Translations under genes and position numbers: made by a program | The notes under the pieces: generated by a model | The model's input: only the letters and a program-made list of their open reading frames with translations | The model's database searches: none | Told to the model about the DNA's origin: nothing | NCBI GenBank assembly: GCA_020160975.1 | Contig: JAIUPJ010000001.1 | Coordinates: 390,001-422,000, forward strand | Length of the DNA: 32,000 bases | Direction of reading: 5' to 3' | Origin: Candidatus Saccharimonadota bacterium | GTDB taxonomy: Bacteria > Patescibacteriota > Saccharimonadia > Saccharimonadales > Saccharimonadaceae | In this document: positions 1-7,968 of the stretch, piece after piece | How the letters are laid out: each line of letters starts with the position of its first letter | Position numbering within the stretch: the stretch's first letter is position 1

Positions 1-28
1 CGCGAAATCTTCACAGTATTCCTCGTTT

Positions 29-61
29 CTGTTCGGATGGATAGTCTGTTCGGATGGATAG
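29..61. repeat. tandem direct repeat CTGTTCGGATGGATAG x2 (17-nt period)
   Basis: Identical 16-mers lie at 29-44 and 46-61, separated by one T. A partial third copy ATGGAT lies at 64-69. The period is not a multiple of 3, so this is a nucleic-acid-level repeat. Confidence 0.9.
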
Positions 62-81
62 AAATGGATGACTTGATTGTT

Positions 82-113
82 AATCGCTCGCATCTAGCGA
101 GCGATTATCGCTC
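82..113. repeat. perfect 10-bp inverted repeat plus a third complementary segment
   Basis: AATCGCTCGC (82-91) and GCGAGCGATT (97-106) are separated by the loop atcta. They are followed directly by ATCGCTC (107-113), which can pair with 97-105 instead. This gives two mutually exclusive hairpins. Confidence 0.85.
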
Positions 114-148
114 AAGCCAGCCACGAACACTGCACCCCACCTCACGTG

Positions 149-201
149 TTGGCAAGGTGCTATGCTACCACTATATTATCACATTTACCTGAAAAAGTAA
201 A
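149..201. promoter_or_regulatory. AT-rich box readable as a sigma70-type promoter on either strand
   Basis: Plus strand: TTGGCA (149-154), N17, TATATT (172-177). Minus strand: TTTACT (201-196), N17 including an extended -10 TGaTAATAT (181-173). The minus-strand reading fits the gene orientation and would transcribe the repeat/hairpin region at 1-166. Confidence 0.35.
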
Positions 202-263
202 TGGTAACCGTATTCAAGCTATACACCACTTCCATACCGGACAGCGGCTGCATCCTGGACATA

Positions 264-1028
264 CTACTTCGCTACCTTTTTCAGCACATAGAACCGCTCT
301 TGGTTACCCCGTGCACCTTTGATATCGCTATCCGCCTTGTCGACAATTACAAAATACTGCTTGGCCCACTGCTCAAACCCTCTTAGAATACTGCGGCGCA
401 CGCTATCGTTCTTAATCACCCCACTGCTACCAATTTGCCCATGAGTGGCCTCGAACTGTGGCTTCACCATGGCTAAAATCACCGCCGCAGGACCACAAAG
501 CGCTGCGACCGATGGCAAGATTTGCTGAAGGCTCACAAAAGACACATCGATCACCACGATGTCTGGCTGGGTGGCAATCTCGATGCGAGCGTTACGTTCA
601 CCTTTTTCCTTATTTGCTACTATGACATCGCGAATATCAGTTTTTTCGTGCAACTCAATCCGCTCATCGCCCCGTAAGCTCGGGTGCAGTTGATCCGTCC
701 CAATATCCACAGCAATGACTTTTTTGGCTCCATGTTGCAGTGCGTAATCAGTAAAGCCGCCGGTACTGCTGCCGACATCGAGCACAGTAGTACCAGCAAA
801 CTGAACTCCGAATTTATTCACAACACTCGCCAGCTTCAATCCCGCTCGGCTGACATACTGCTCGGGAGCGGATAATTCAATACGCGCCGACTCATCCACA
901 AAATACCCCGGCTTTGTCACCTCCCTGCCATCGACTGTCACGCGACCAAGCTTAATCCAACTCTCCGCCTGTGAGCGCGTGGGAGTCAAGCCTCGTATCG
1001 TTACTGCGTGGTCAAGCCGCTGTTTCAT
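264..1028 (-). CDS. tlyA: TlyA-family rRNA 2'-O-methyltransferase (S4 domain + FtsJ-like methyltransferase)
   Basis: 254-aa ORF. It has an N-terminal S4 RNA-binding region (RLDHAVTIRGLTPTRSQAESWIKLGRVTVDG) and SAM motif I (VLDVGSSTGGFTDYALQHGAKKVIAVDIG). TATAAT (1035-1040) lies 6 nt upstream of the ATG. Confidence 0.85.
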   Translation of the reverse strand: MKQRLDHAVTIRGLTPTRSQAESWIKLGRVTVDGREVTKPGYFVDESARIELSAPEQYVSRAGLKLASVVNKFGVQFAGTTVLDVGSSTGGFTDYALQHGAKKVIAVDIGTDQLHPSLRGDERIELHEKTDIRDVIVANKEKGERNARIEIATQPDIVVIDVSFVSLQQILPSVAALCGPAAVILAMVKPQFEATHGQIGSSGVIKNDSVRRSILRGFEQWAKQYFVIVDKADSDIKGARGNQERFYVLKKVAK

Positions 1029-1042
1029 AGGTCTATTATAGA

Positions 1043-2710
1043 CTACGGGTAGAGAATGGTATCGATCTGCTTGGCGACATTAGCGATGTAGCCGTACGAG
1101 TAGCCCTTTGTCATGATTACCAGAACATACGTGCCTTTCGGATTGTGCACAATCGCAGCGTCGTGAATATAGTCCCATAAAAAACCGACTTTGTCCTGCG
1201 TCCAGCCTTTTGTACCCGTCGGGATACCATAACGGTACAGTTGCCGACTCATTTTCTCCAGCAGCATGTCGCGGTTATTTCCGCCCACCAGTGTACCATT
1301 ATTGAGCCCGATCAAATACCGAGCCAAATCCCCCGCCGTAGTATGCGTGGCATCGCTAAAAGTAAAGCCCGTACCGCTACTAAATCCTTTGTCGTGGACG
1401 TACTGGTTCAGCGCGTCTCGCCCATACTGTCGAATCCACTGCTCAGCGCAAGGATTTGTCGACGGCACAATCGTGCGCTCGAAACAACCTCCAGCTGTCG
1501 TATCGAGCATGGGTGTATCCCAGGTTAGCCGACCGGCGTTGATATCGTCAAATACCCGCATCATCACATAGAGTTTATACGTACTAGCGCTCGGGATACT
1601 TTCGTCAGCGCGGCCACTCGCCGTCCAGCCAGGTCCATCGAGTTGCTGCACCACGATCCGTACGTTTTGTGTACTGGTGGCATAAGCAACATAAGCGCGT
1701 AACCCTGCCTGAGATGAGCTATAAGAGCGTTCGTAGATTATCGGCGGGGCATCTGGGCGAAGTGCCACCTCTACCGTAGCCGCTCGTAACCCCATGAGCG
1801 CACTATCGAGCTCGGCAACCACAGCAGGAATATCGAGCGAGCTCCCGGGTGCACCCTCTGTCCGTCCCTGCTCGTTACCATCGACCACGGTCACTGCTAT
1901 TGCCGTCGGAGCTGTTTTCACTTTTTCATTTATAGCCGTCACAAACGCAGTCACTGCTTCTTGGTTCACACTGAGCGCCGCTGGCTTGACAGTGACATCG
2001 ATTGCCAGCCAGCTTGCTTTAGTTGCCGCATCAATTGTCATAGGTGATTTCCCGGTTACCGACAATACAATCGGCCGCTGCAGTGCTTCAGCGGCCTGGC
2101 GCTTGGCGTCAGCGATATCTGCGTCGCGCACCGCGGGCGCCATAGTCTTACCCTGTATCTGCACCTTCGTTGTGCCGGCCCTGTAGCTGGCACCTAGGAG
2201 CGCCGACTTGACGTCGCCAGCCGTCACGGTATGGCCTTGCTTTGCCACTCCAACTACCAGAGCACCGTCCTTTAGTGACAACGATGCGTCTGCTGGCTGG
2301 TAGGACAACTGACGAGCAATTGACTCTGCTTGCTGCGCGAGTTGTGTACCGGTGAATCCGACGGAGAGGGATTTGAGGTGCGGTTGTTTAGCGAGTACTG
2401 AAAAAGGAATCAGCCGCTGCCAGAGCGGGTAATCACTGAGTCTTGCCGCCATTTGATCATTATTAATCGAAGCACCGAGCTTGGCCAGCTCACTAGTCAT
2501 GACGCGATCACCGCTCGTTATTTCGACTTTTGACGACTGGAACTGCTCCTGAAAAATCCGCGCCAGGTCTGAGCGCGAAGACAGCCCTGCTCGAACTGTC
2601 CCAACGCGAGCCAACGGCACTGCACGGTCATACGGCAACAGCAATTGCGCACATACTTCGAGCACAATCAGCGCCCCCACTCCAAACAGCACATGCTTTC
2701 GCGTCCACAT
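1043..2710 (-). CDS. membrane-anchored serine hydrolase, class-A beta-lactamase-like C-terminal domain
   Basis: 555-aa ORF with an N-terminal TM segment (VLFGVGALIVLEVCAQLLL). The long Ala/Val/Thr-rich exodomain is reminiscent of YoaR/VanW-type peptidoglycan-binding repeats. The C-terminal ~200 aa carry an S-x-x-K motif (SASTYK). TACAAT (2717-2722) lies 6 nt upstream of the ATG. Confidence 0.6.
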   Translation of the reverse strand: MWTRKHVLFGVGALIVLEVCAQLLLPYDRAVPLARVGTVRAGLSSRSDLARIFQEQFQSSKVEITSGDRVMTSELAKLGASINNDQMAARLSDYPLWQRLIPFSVLAKQPHLKSLSVGFTGTQLAQQAESIARQLSYQPADASLSLKDGALVVGVAKQGHTVTAGDVKSALLGASYRAGTTKVQIQGKTMAPAVRDADIADAKRQAAEALQRPIVLSVTGKSPMTIDAATKASWLAIDVTVKPAALSVNQEAVTAFVTAINEKVKTAPTAIAVTVVDGNEQGRTEGAPGSSLDIPAVVAELDSALMGLRAATVEVALRPDAPPIIYERSYSSSQAGLRAYVAYATSTQNVRIVVQQLDGPGWTASGRADESIPSASTYKLYVMMRVFDDINAGRLTWDTPMLDTTAGGCFERTIVPSTNPCAEQWIRQYGRDALNQYVHDKGFSSGTGFTFSDATHTTAGDLARYLIGLNNGTLVGGNNRDMLLEKMSRQLYRYGIPTGTKGWTQDKVGFLWDYIHDAAIVHNPKGTYVLVIMTKGYSYGYIANVAKQIDTILYP

Positions 2711-2747
2711 GCTTTTATTGTAGCATTAGCGGTATAGCGGTATAGCG

Positions 2748-3308
2748 TTACTTCTTGCGTTCGCGATATTCACCCGTCGCGGTATCGACAGAAATGATAT
2801 CACCTACCTTGATAAATGCTGGTACTTTCACGGTAACACCCGTCTCCAGAGTGGCGTCTTTGAGCACGCTACTCGTCGTATCACCCTTCACCACATCTTC
2901 GGCATAGGTGACTTCAAGATAAAGATTCTTTGGCAGCTCAACGTTGATAACTTTATCGCCAAAGAACTGCAGATTCAAGTTATCACCTTCTTTGAGATAA
3001 TTCTTCGCCTCATCAACTAGGTCGGCTGACAACTCAAACTGCTCAAAGCTCTCAGGATCCATGAAGAAAAACGCCTCGCCATCACTGTACAAGTATTGCA
3101 CTTCCCGGTTACGTACTTCGGCTGGCTCAATCTTGTCTGCGCCTTTATAGGTCTTAGGAATCACCGCACCCGTGATGAGATTCTTCAGTTTCACATTTAC
3201 AATCGACCCACCTCGACCCAGCACTTTTTGACCATACTCAATCACACGATACGGCTGTCCATCAATTTGGCACACTGTGCCTTTTTTTAGATCTGTTGGC
3301 TGATACAT
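2748..3308 (-). CDS. efp: elongation factor P
   Basis: 186-aa ORF that aligns over its full length with EF-P (DGQPYRVIEY...VKLKNLITG...YLYSDGEAFFFMD...VKVPAFIKVGDIISVDTATGEYRERKK). An AGAGGAA Shine-Dalgarno sequence lies upstream. Confidence 0.95.
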   Translation of the reverse strand: MYQPTDLKKGTVCQIDGQPYRVIEYGQKVLGRGGSIVNVKLKNLITGAVIPKTYKGADKIEPAEVRNREVQYLYSDGEAFFFMDPESFEQFELSADLVDEAKNYLKEGDNLNLQFFGDKVINVELPKNLYLEVTYAEDVVKGDTTSSVLKDATLETGVTVKVPAFIKVGDIISVDTATGEYRERKK

Positions 3309-3466
3309 AGTTTCATTCCTCTATAAATTTTCTACTGACTATTCTGGATGCTGTGCAGCGCAGATCGCGGAAGCGCTGAGCATTTTTAGTGAGTTGTATT
3401 GATGCGATACTACTCGCCAAAAAGCGGAAGTGCTGACAATGATATGCGCTGCAGAGCGCCAGAAAC

Positions 3467-3664
3467 TTAGCCGTGTGTCACAAACGGCATCAACGCCAAA
3501 TGCCGTGCACGTTTGATCGCAACGGCGAGTTGTCGCTGCTGCTTGGCGCTAAGACCAGTTTTTGCAACTGGCTCAATTTGACCGTAAATGTTGATGTAGC
3601 GGCTCAATGTCTTGACATCCTTGTAGTCAAAAAACACTGGTGCGTCTTTTTTAAATCGTTTCAT
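3467..3664 (-). CDS. rpsR: 30S ribosomal protein S18
   Basis: 65-aa ORF with [56 protein letters not shown] lies 4 nt upstream. It sits in conserved rpsF-ssb-rpsR order. Confidence 0.95.
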   Translation of the reverse strand: MKRFKKDAPVFFDYKDVKTLSRYINIYGQIEPVAKTGLSAKQQRQLAVAIKRARHLALMPFVTHG

Positions 3665-3766
3665 AAAACTCCTTTGGAGCTAAATACTAGACTAGCTCCC
3701 TTTGCTTACATACTTATCTGGTTATTTCTTCTAGATTCAAGAATCTAGATTCTATCTTCTCTTCTA

Positions 3767-4219
3767 CTAAAAAGGTATTTCACTGAGATCAATCGGCTTG
3801 TCATCAATATCCTCGATCACGACATCCTTTGATTTGCTGCTTGCCGAGCTGCTACGAGGTGCGCTTGAACCGTTGTCGTCACCGCGCCCACCACCGATGA
3901 AGTTAAAGTCTTCGACAACCACTTCGACCGCTTGGCGCTTATTGCCGTCCTTGTCTTCGTAACTGCGCTGATCCAGGCGACCACTGACAAGTAGCGGCGT
4001 ACCCTTGCTCGTGTACTGCGCAATGATTTCGCCAACTTTACCCCAGGCAACACAGTTAATAAAACTGGTTTGCTCCTGTGTTTGACCATCTTGACCCTTC
4101 CAGCTGCGGCTGACTGCCAGGCTGAAGTTGCTGACCGTTTGACCGCTCGGCGTGGTGCGAGTTTCAACGTCGCGCGTCAAGTTGCCCATCAAGATAACTT
4201 TATTAAATCCTTTTGCCAT
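3767..4219 (-). CDS. ssb: single-stranded DNA-binding protein
   Basis: 150-aa ORF with an OB fold (NKVILMGNLTRDVETRTTPSGQTVSNFSLAV), a Gly/Ser-rich linker and an acidic tip DLSEIPF. Confidence 0.95.
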   Translation of the reverse strand: MAKGFNKVILMGNLTRDVETRTTPSGQTVSNFSLAVSRSWKGQDGQTQEQTSFINCVAWGKVGEIIAQYTSKGTPLLVSGRLDQRSYEDKDGNKRQAVEVVVEDFNFIGGGRGDDNGSSAPRSSSASSKSKDVVIEDIDDKPIDLSEIPF

Positions 4220-4364
4220 GATAGTGCCGTTCCGCTAAAGCTTCACTAATGAGACAAAACCAATGGTTTTTTCTCATCGTGCGGGGCGAAAAAGTGTGAT
4301 TTTTCGCTCCGGCTGCTCTTTTTCCTTTAGCGGCCTCCTTTCCCTCTTCCGTTAGTTACGATAC

Positions 4365-4727
4365 TTATTCTTCTGATTCATCTTCGTCGGATTCACCACG
4401 CTCGGCAGCACGCTTTTTGGCGTCTTCGAGCAACGCACGACCTTTTTCGTCGGTCTTCACTAGCAGGTAGCGGAGTACTGAGTCGGTAATGTTGAGCACA
4501 TTGCTGATTTTCAGTGGAGCATCTGCCGGTAGTTTCACATCCATCGATACATAGACGGCAAAGTCTTGGTTGTTGATACGATATGCTAGGCGCTTTTTGC
4601 CCGAATTGTCTTCTTTGACAATCTCGCCGCCATTATCTTTGACGAGCGTACGCACCTTGTCGAGCGGTGCGTTGAGATCTGTCTCCAGATCTGGGTGGAT
4701 AAGAACGGTTAGTTCGTATTCCTTCAT
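4365..4727 (-). CDS. rpsF: 30S ribosomal protein S6
   Basis: 120-aa ORF (MKEYELTVLIHPDLE...) with an acidic C-terminal tail. An AGGAGG Shine-Dalgarno sequence lies 7 nt upstream. Confidence 0.95.
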   Translation of the reverse strand: MKEYELTVLIHPDLETDLNAPLDKVRTLVKDNGGEIVKEDNSGKKRLAYRINNQDFAVYVSMDVKLPADAPLKISNVLNITDSVLRYLLVKTDEKGRALLEDAKKRAAERGESDEDESEE

Positions 4728-4803
4728 AAGTGTACCTCCTTTTGGAACCCCTTATGTGGGTGCTTGCTCTATCTCAAGCAAACTTAGGTTAATAACATTG
4801 ATG

Positions 4804-4812
4804 ATTATACCA
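4804..4812 (-). promoter_or_regulatory. extended -10 promoter element TGgTATAAT for the rpsF-ssb-rpsR operon
   Basis: The reverse complement of 4804-4812 is TGGTATAAT. It lies just downstream of the preceding stop codon (4823-4825). The ~70-nt leader contains the hairpin TGCTTG/CAAGCA (4761-4780). Confidence 0.55.
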
Positions 4813-4822
4813 TATGTCCCCT

Positions 4823-5473
4823 CTATAGGCTAGTGGGCATGGAGGCAACCAACATGGCACGAGCCGCAAGATTTGCGCGGCGTGCTTCTACTGGATCGTT
4901 GGTGTCGCGTTCATGCACCGTGGCTGCAGTGGTGAGTGAACGAAGATAAAAATCACGCAGTGCGGAAGTATACGAGTTCGACGCACCGTCAGGACGGATG
5001 TCGTGAGGGTTCATAGGTACACGGTAGCTGCCGTGCAGCACATTCACGCTGACTGTCTCGCCTTCCACTACGACTTCATACCCCAGCCCAGGAGCGTCCG
5101 TATAGCTCGCGATGAGCCCAACAACATCAGCATCGCGTCGTAAGATAGTGAAGTGATCGTCAAGCCGCTGATTACTGGCGTCGCGCGTGGCAAACTCGGT
5201 TATCTCCATTGTACCCTCATAGGTCGTAATCGATCGGTCGCGGTACAGCAACGAAAGCGCATGCATGATTTCACCAACAGCTTCGTGAGGATTTTTTTCA
5301 AGCAACTCACCGAGGATAGCATCACGTTGTGCCTCCAGGAGTACTCGTTCAGTATCTGGCCTATACGACAACGCACGCAGACCCTCCATGCGATCAACCA
5401 TCTCATAAAACACGGTGTCGACCTGTGTTTGTGGGACTTTTTCTGAGGCTAACTCTTTTATCAACTGTGTCAT
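4823..5473 (-). CDS. hypothetical cytoplasmic protein, no recognisable domain
   Basis: 216-aa ORF with an AAAGGAT Shine-Dalgarno sequence 5 nt upstream. It has no signal peptide or TM segment. The N-terminal half looks helical and the C-terminal half beta-rich. Confidence 0.7.
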   Translation of the reverse strand: MTQLIKELASEKVPQTQVDTVFYEMVDRMEGLRALSYRPDTERVLLEAQRDAILGELLEKNPHEAVGEIMHALSLLYRDRSITTYEGTMEITEFATRDASNQRLDDHFTILRRDADVVGLIASYTDAPGLGYEVVVEGETVSVNVLHGSYRVPMNPHDIRPDGASNSYTSALRDFYLRSLTTAATVHERDTNDPVEARRANLAARAMLVASMPTSL

Positions 5474-5537
5474 ATGACATCCTTTTCATATTGCGTTAAC
5501 TCTGTATGGTATACTCCGCATCGGTTCATCCGTCAAG

Positions 5538-7778
5538 CTACGATAGTTCGCTCATATCGCCACTGCCGCCATCGAGTTCATCGAGGCTGTGAATCAACAC
5601 CTCTCGTGGACGAGAACCATCAGCCGGGCCAATGATCCCTTGCTCTTCCATCTCTTCGATGATACGGGCCGCGCGTGCATAGCCGACACGGAGTTTGCGC
5701 TGCAGTAGCGATGTCGATGCTTTGCGGCTCTGAATCACCACCTGCACGGCATCCTTGAACATATCATCACCGCCCTCGTGGTCAAAGTCCATCACTACCC
5801 CACCCTTGCCATTGAGCTGAACTGGCTGGCTAATAATCTCGTCATTGTATTGTGGTGCGCTTTGCATACGAAGATGATCAGTAATCTTTAATACTTCTTC
5901 GTCCATCACCCACGCACCTTGAATACGCTTTGGTTTTGGCATCGCGGCAGTTTGCATGAGCATGTCACCTTGGCCGAGCAGCTTTTCTGCGCCCGCTTGG
6001 TCGAGAATGGTTCGCGAGTCAACCTGGCTGGCTACTGTAAAGGCAATGCGGGCCGGTACGTTTGCCTTGATAAGACCGGTGATGACATTAACCGATGGGC
6101 GCTGCGTCGCCAGCACCAAGTGGATACCAACCGCACGGGCTTTCTGGGCGATACGCACGATCAGCGCTTCGACGTCGCGAGCCGCTACCATCATCAGGTC
6201 GGCCATCTCGTCGATCACGATCACAACATACGGCATATGGCCCTCGTCTACTTGCTGGATATTACCGTCCTCGTCGGCCACGCCGACTGTCTTGTTTTTG
6301 ACTTTTTCATTGTAGCTCTTAATATCGCGAACCTTCTCTTCTGCCAAGAGACTGTAGCGACGCTCCATCTCATTGACCGCCCATTTGAGCGCACTGATCG
6401 TCTTTTCGGGCTCGACAATCACTGGTGTCAAGAGGTGCGGAATGTCCTGGTACGGCGCCATTTCCACCTGCTTAGGGTCAACTAGAATCAGCTTCATGTC
6501 GCTCGGCGCGTTGCGGTAGAGCAAGCTACAGAGCAAGGTGTTGATCATGACTGACTTACCTGACCCTGTTTGACCAGCGATCATGAGGTGCGGCATTTTG
6601 TTCAGCTCGCCAACCACTGGCGTACCGGTAATGTCTTTGCCAACCGCAAAAGCCAACGGCTCGTCGTCCTTGCGCCATTCGGGGCTGTCGAGAATACCAC
6701 GAATGCGCACATCAGCCGCTTTTTTGTTCGGCACTTCTATACCAACAGCTTTTTGTCCAGGAATCGGCGCCTCCATACGCAAGCTGCTGGCCGCAAGGTT
6801 GAGGGCGATATTTGTCTCGAGCGCCGTGATACGGCTCAACTTGATACCGGCTGGCGGCTTGAGTGTGTACTGCGTCACTTTCGGACCAATATTGGCACCT
6901 TCCATCTCGACATCGATACTAAATTCACGCAAGGTGTCCTGAATAATATGCGCATTCTGCTGGATATCTCCCGCATCGGCTGGACTTTGCTTTTTTTCGA
7001 GCAGCTCGACACCGGGAAATTTCCAGTTTGGGTCGGTGACCGCCAACATCGCGGCTTTCTCTTCGGCCTCTTTGTCGGGCTTGATACTGTTTTTGAGGCT
7101 GGCCAGGCGGGCTTTTTTCTGTTCTTCCGGTGTCAGCGTTGGCACGCCAGCTTTGACGTTGAAATCACTGAGTGGGCCACTCTGTTTGGCATCCTCCGCG
7201 GCAGCTTTTCGCAGAACCGCGACATTTGCCTTGTCTTCCTCCTTGGCACCGCGCCCAAACAATCCTGCCAACCAGCTAAAGAACGTGCCAAAAGCGATTC
7301 GCAGAACAAACAGCGTCGTCACGACGATAAGAAGTGCATAGATAAATGCAGCGACTGGTATATTCACCAGCGAGAGCATAAAACTGTTGATCGTATCGCC
7401 CGCTATCCCACCGGTCGTTGCTCCGCCATCTTGCCTCAGCAGGCCAAATAGCGCGGCAAACCACGCGATGAGCACCAATGAAGCAAATTTCATCACTCCT
7501 GGAAGTTTGTTGTTCTCAACCCGGAATACTTGTACGCCGACATATACTGCCACAATTGGCAGCACATACACTGCGTATCCAATGGTGCGTAGTGCTACGT
7601 CGCGAATCCAGGTAAAGACCGGCCCGCTGCCCCCAAACCACGAGATCACCAAGAGCGCCGAGAACGCGATCAGAAGTACTGCGAGGACTTGCGACCAAAA
7701 GCCCGTCGGCAACTCATGCTGCGGTGCTTGGTTTTTTTTACTTTTTCGCCCCCTAGCGGGTGCTTTTTTTCTAGCCAT
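5538..7778 (-). CDS. ftsK: DNA translocase FtsK/SpoIIIE
   Basis: 746-aa ORF with N-terminal TM helices, a Lys/Glu-rich linker and a motor domain with Walker A GQTGSGKS. The C-terminal gamma winged-helix reads STSLLQRKLRVGYARAARIIEEMEEQGIIG. Confidence 0.95.
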   Translation of the reverse strand: MARKKAPARGRKSKKNQAPQHELPTGFWSQVLAVLLIAFSALLVISWFGGSGPVFTWIRDVALRTIGYAVYVLPIVAVYVGVQVFRVENNKLPGVMKFASLVLIAWFAALFGLLRQDGGATTGGIAGDTINSFMLSLVNIPVAAFIYALLIVVTTLFVLRIAFGTFFSWLAGLFGRGAKEEDKANVAVLRKAAAEDAKQSGPLSDFNVKAGVPTLTPEEQKKARLASLKNSIKPDKEAEEKAAMLAVTDPNWKFPGVELLEKKQSPADAGDIQQNAHIIQDTLREFSIDVEMEGANIGPKVTQYTLKPPAGIKLSRITALETNIALNLAASSLRMEAPIPGQKAVGIEVPNKKAADVRIRGILDSPEWRKDDEPLAFAVGKDITGTPVVGELNKMPHLMIAGQTGSGKSVMINTLLCSLLYRNAPSDMKLILVDPKQVEMAPYQDIPHLLTPVIVEPEKTISALKWAVNEMERRYSLLAEEKVRDIKSYNEKVKNKTVGVADEDGNIQQVDEGHMPYVVIVIDEMADLMMVAARDVEALIVRIAQKARAVGIHLVLATQRPSVNVITGLIKANVPARIAFTVASQVDSRTILDQAGAEKLLGQGDMLMQTAAMPKPKRIQGAWVMDEEVLKITDHLRMQSAPQYNDEIISQPVQLNGKGGVVMDFDHEGGDDMFKDAVQVVIQSRKASTSLLQRKLRVGYARAARIIEEMEEQGIIGPADGSRPREVLIHSLDELDGGSGDMSELS

Positions 7779-7968
7779 AACTGTTATTCATTGTACTCTG
7801 TTTGTTATCTGAAGAGTATAGAGACATTGTAGCATAAATTACTACAAATTGCAATAGGCAATAAGCTAAAATATCACAAGAAAATAATCTTGCTTATCTT
7901 TTTTCGCATAAAGAAGAGAGTTGGTGTCATTGCTCTAGAGTTCAGAATGAGGCGTACCTAAAGTCACC

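Noticed and set aside
29-61. Short tandem repeats here and at 2729-2744 and 10933-10962 as a possible CRISPR array or mobile-element end
   Set aside because: There are only two adjacent copies of 8-16 nt, with no spacers, no cas genes, and no transposase or integrase anywhere in the window.
60-170. Resemblance of minus-strand GGCUGGCUUGAGCG...GCUAGAUG...ACAGAA to the P15-P18 / P4 region of RNase P RNA
   Set aside because: The ACAGAA is not followed by CCGGCUUA. The 5' two-thirds of an RNase P RNA would have to lie inside the tlyA coding region, so the similarity is judged fortuitous.
201-386. 61-aa plus-strand ORF downstream of the TTGGCA-N17-TATATT box
   Set aside because: Two-thirds of it is antisense to the 3' end of tlyA. 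It has no Shine-Dalgarno sequence and an unremarkable, non-conserved-looking translation. An antisense transcript remains possible, but a protein is unlikely.
5919-7812. Several long plus-strand ORFs (188, 293, 141 aa and others) inside ftsK
   Set aside because: All are antisense to an unambiguous FtsK gene. They have Arg/His/Cys-rich or low-complexity translations and no ribosome-binding or promoter signals.
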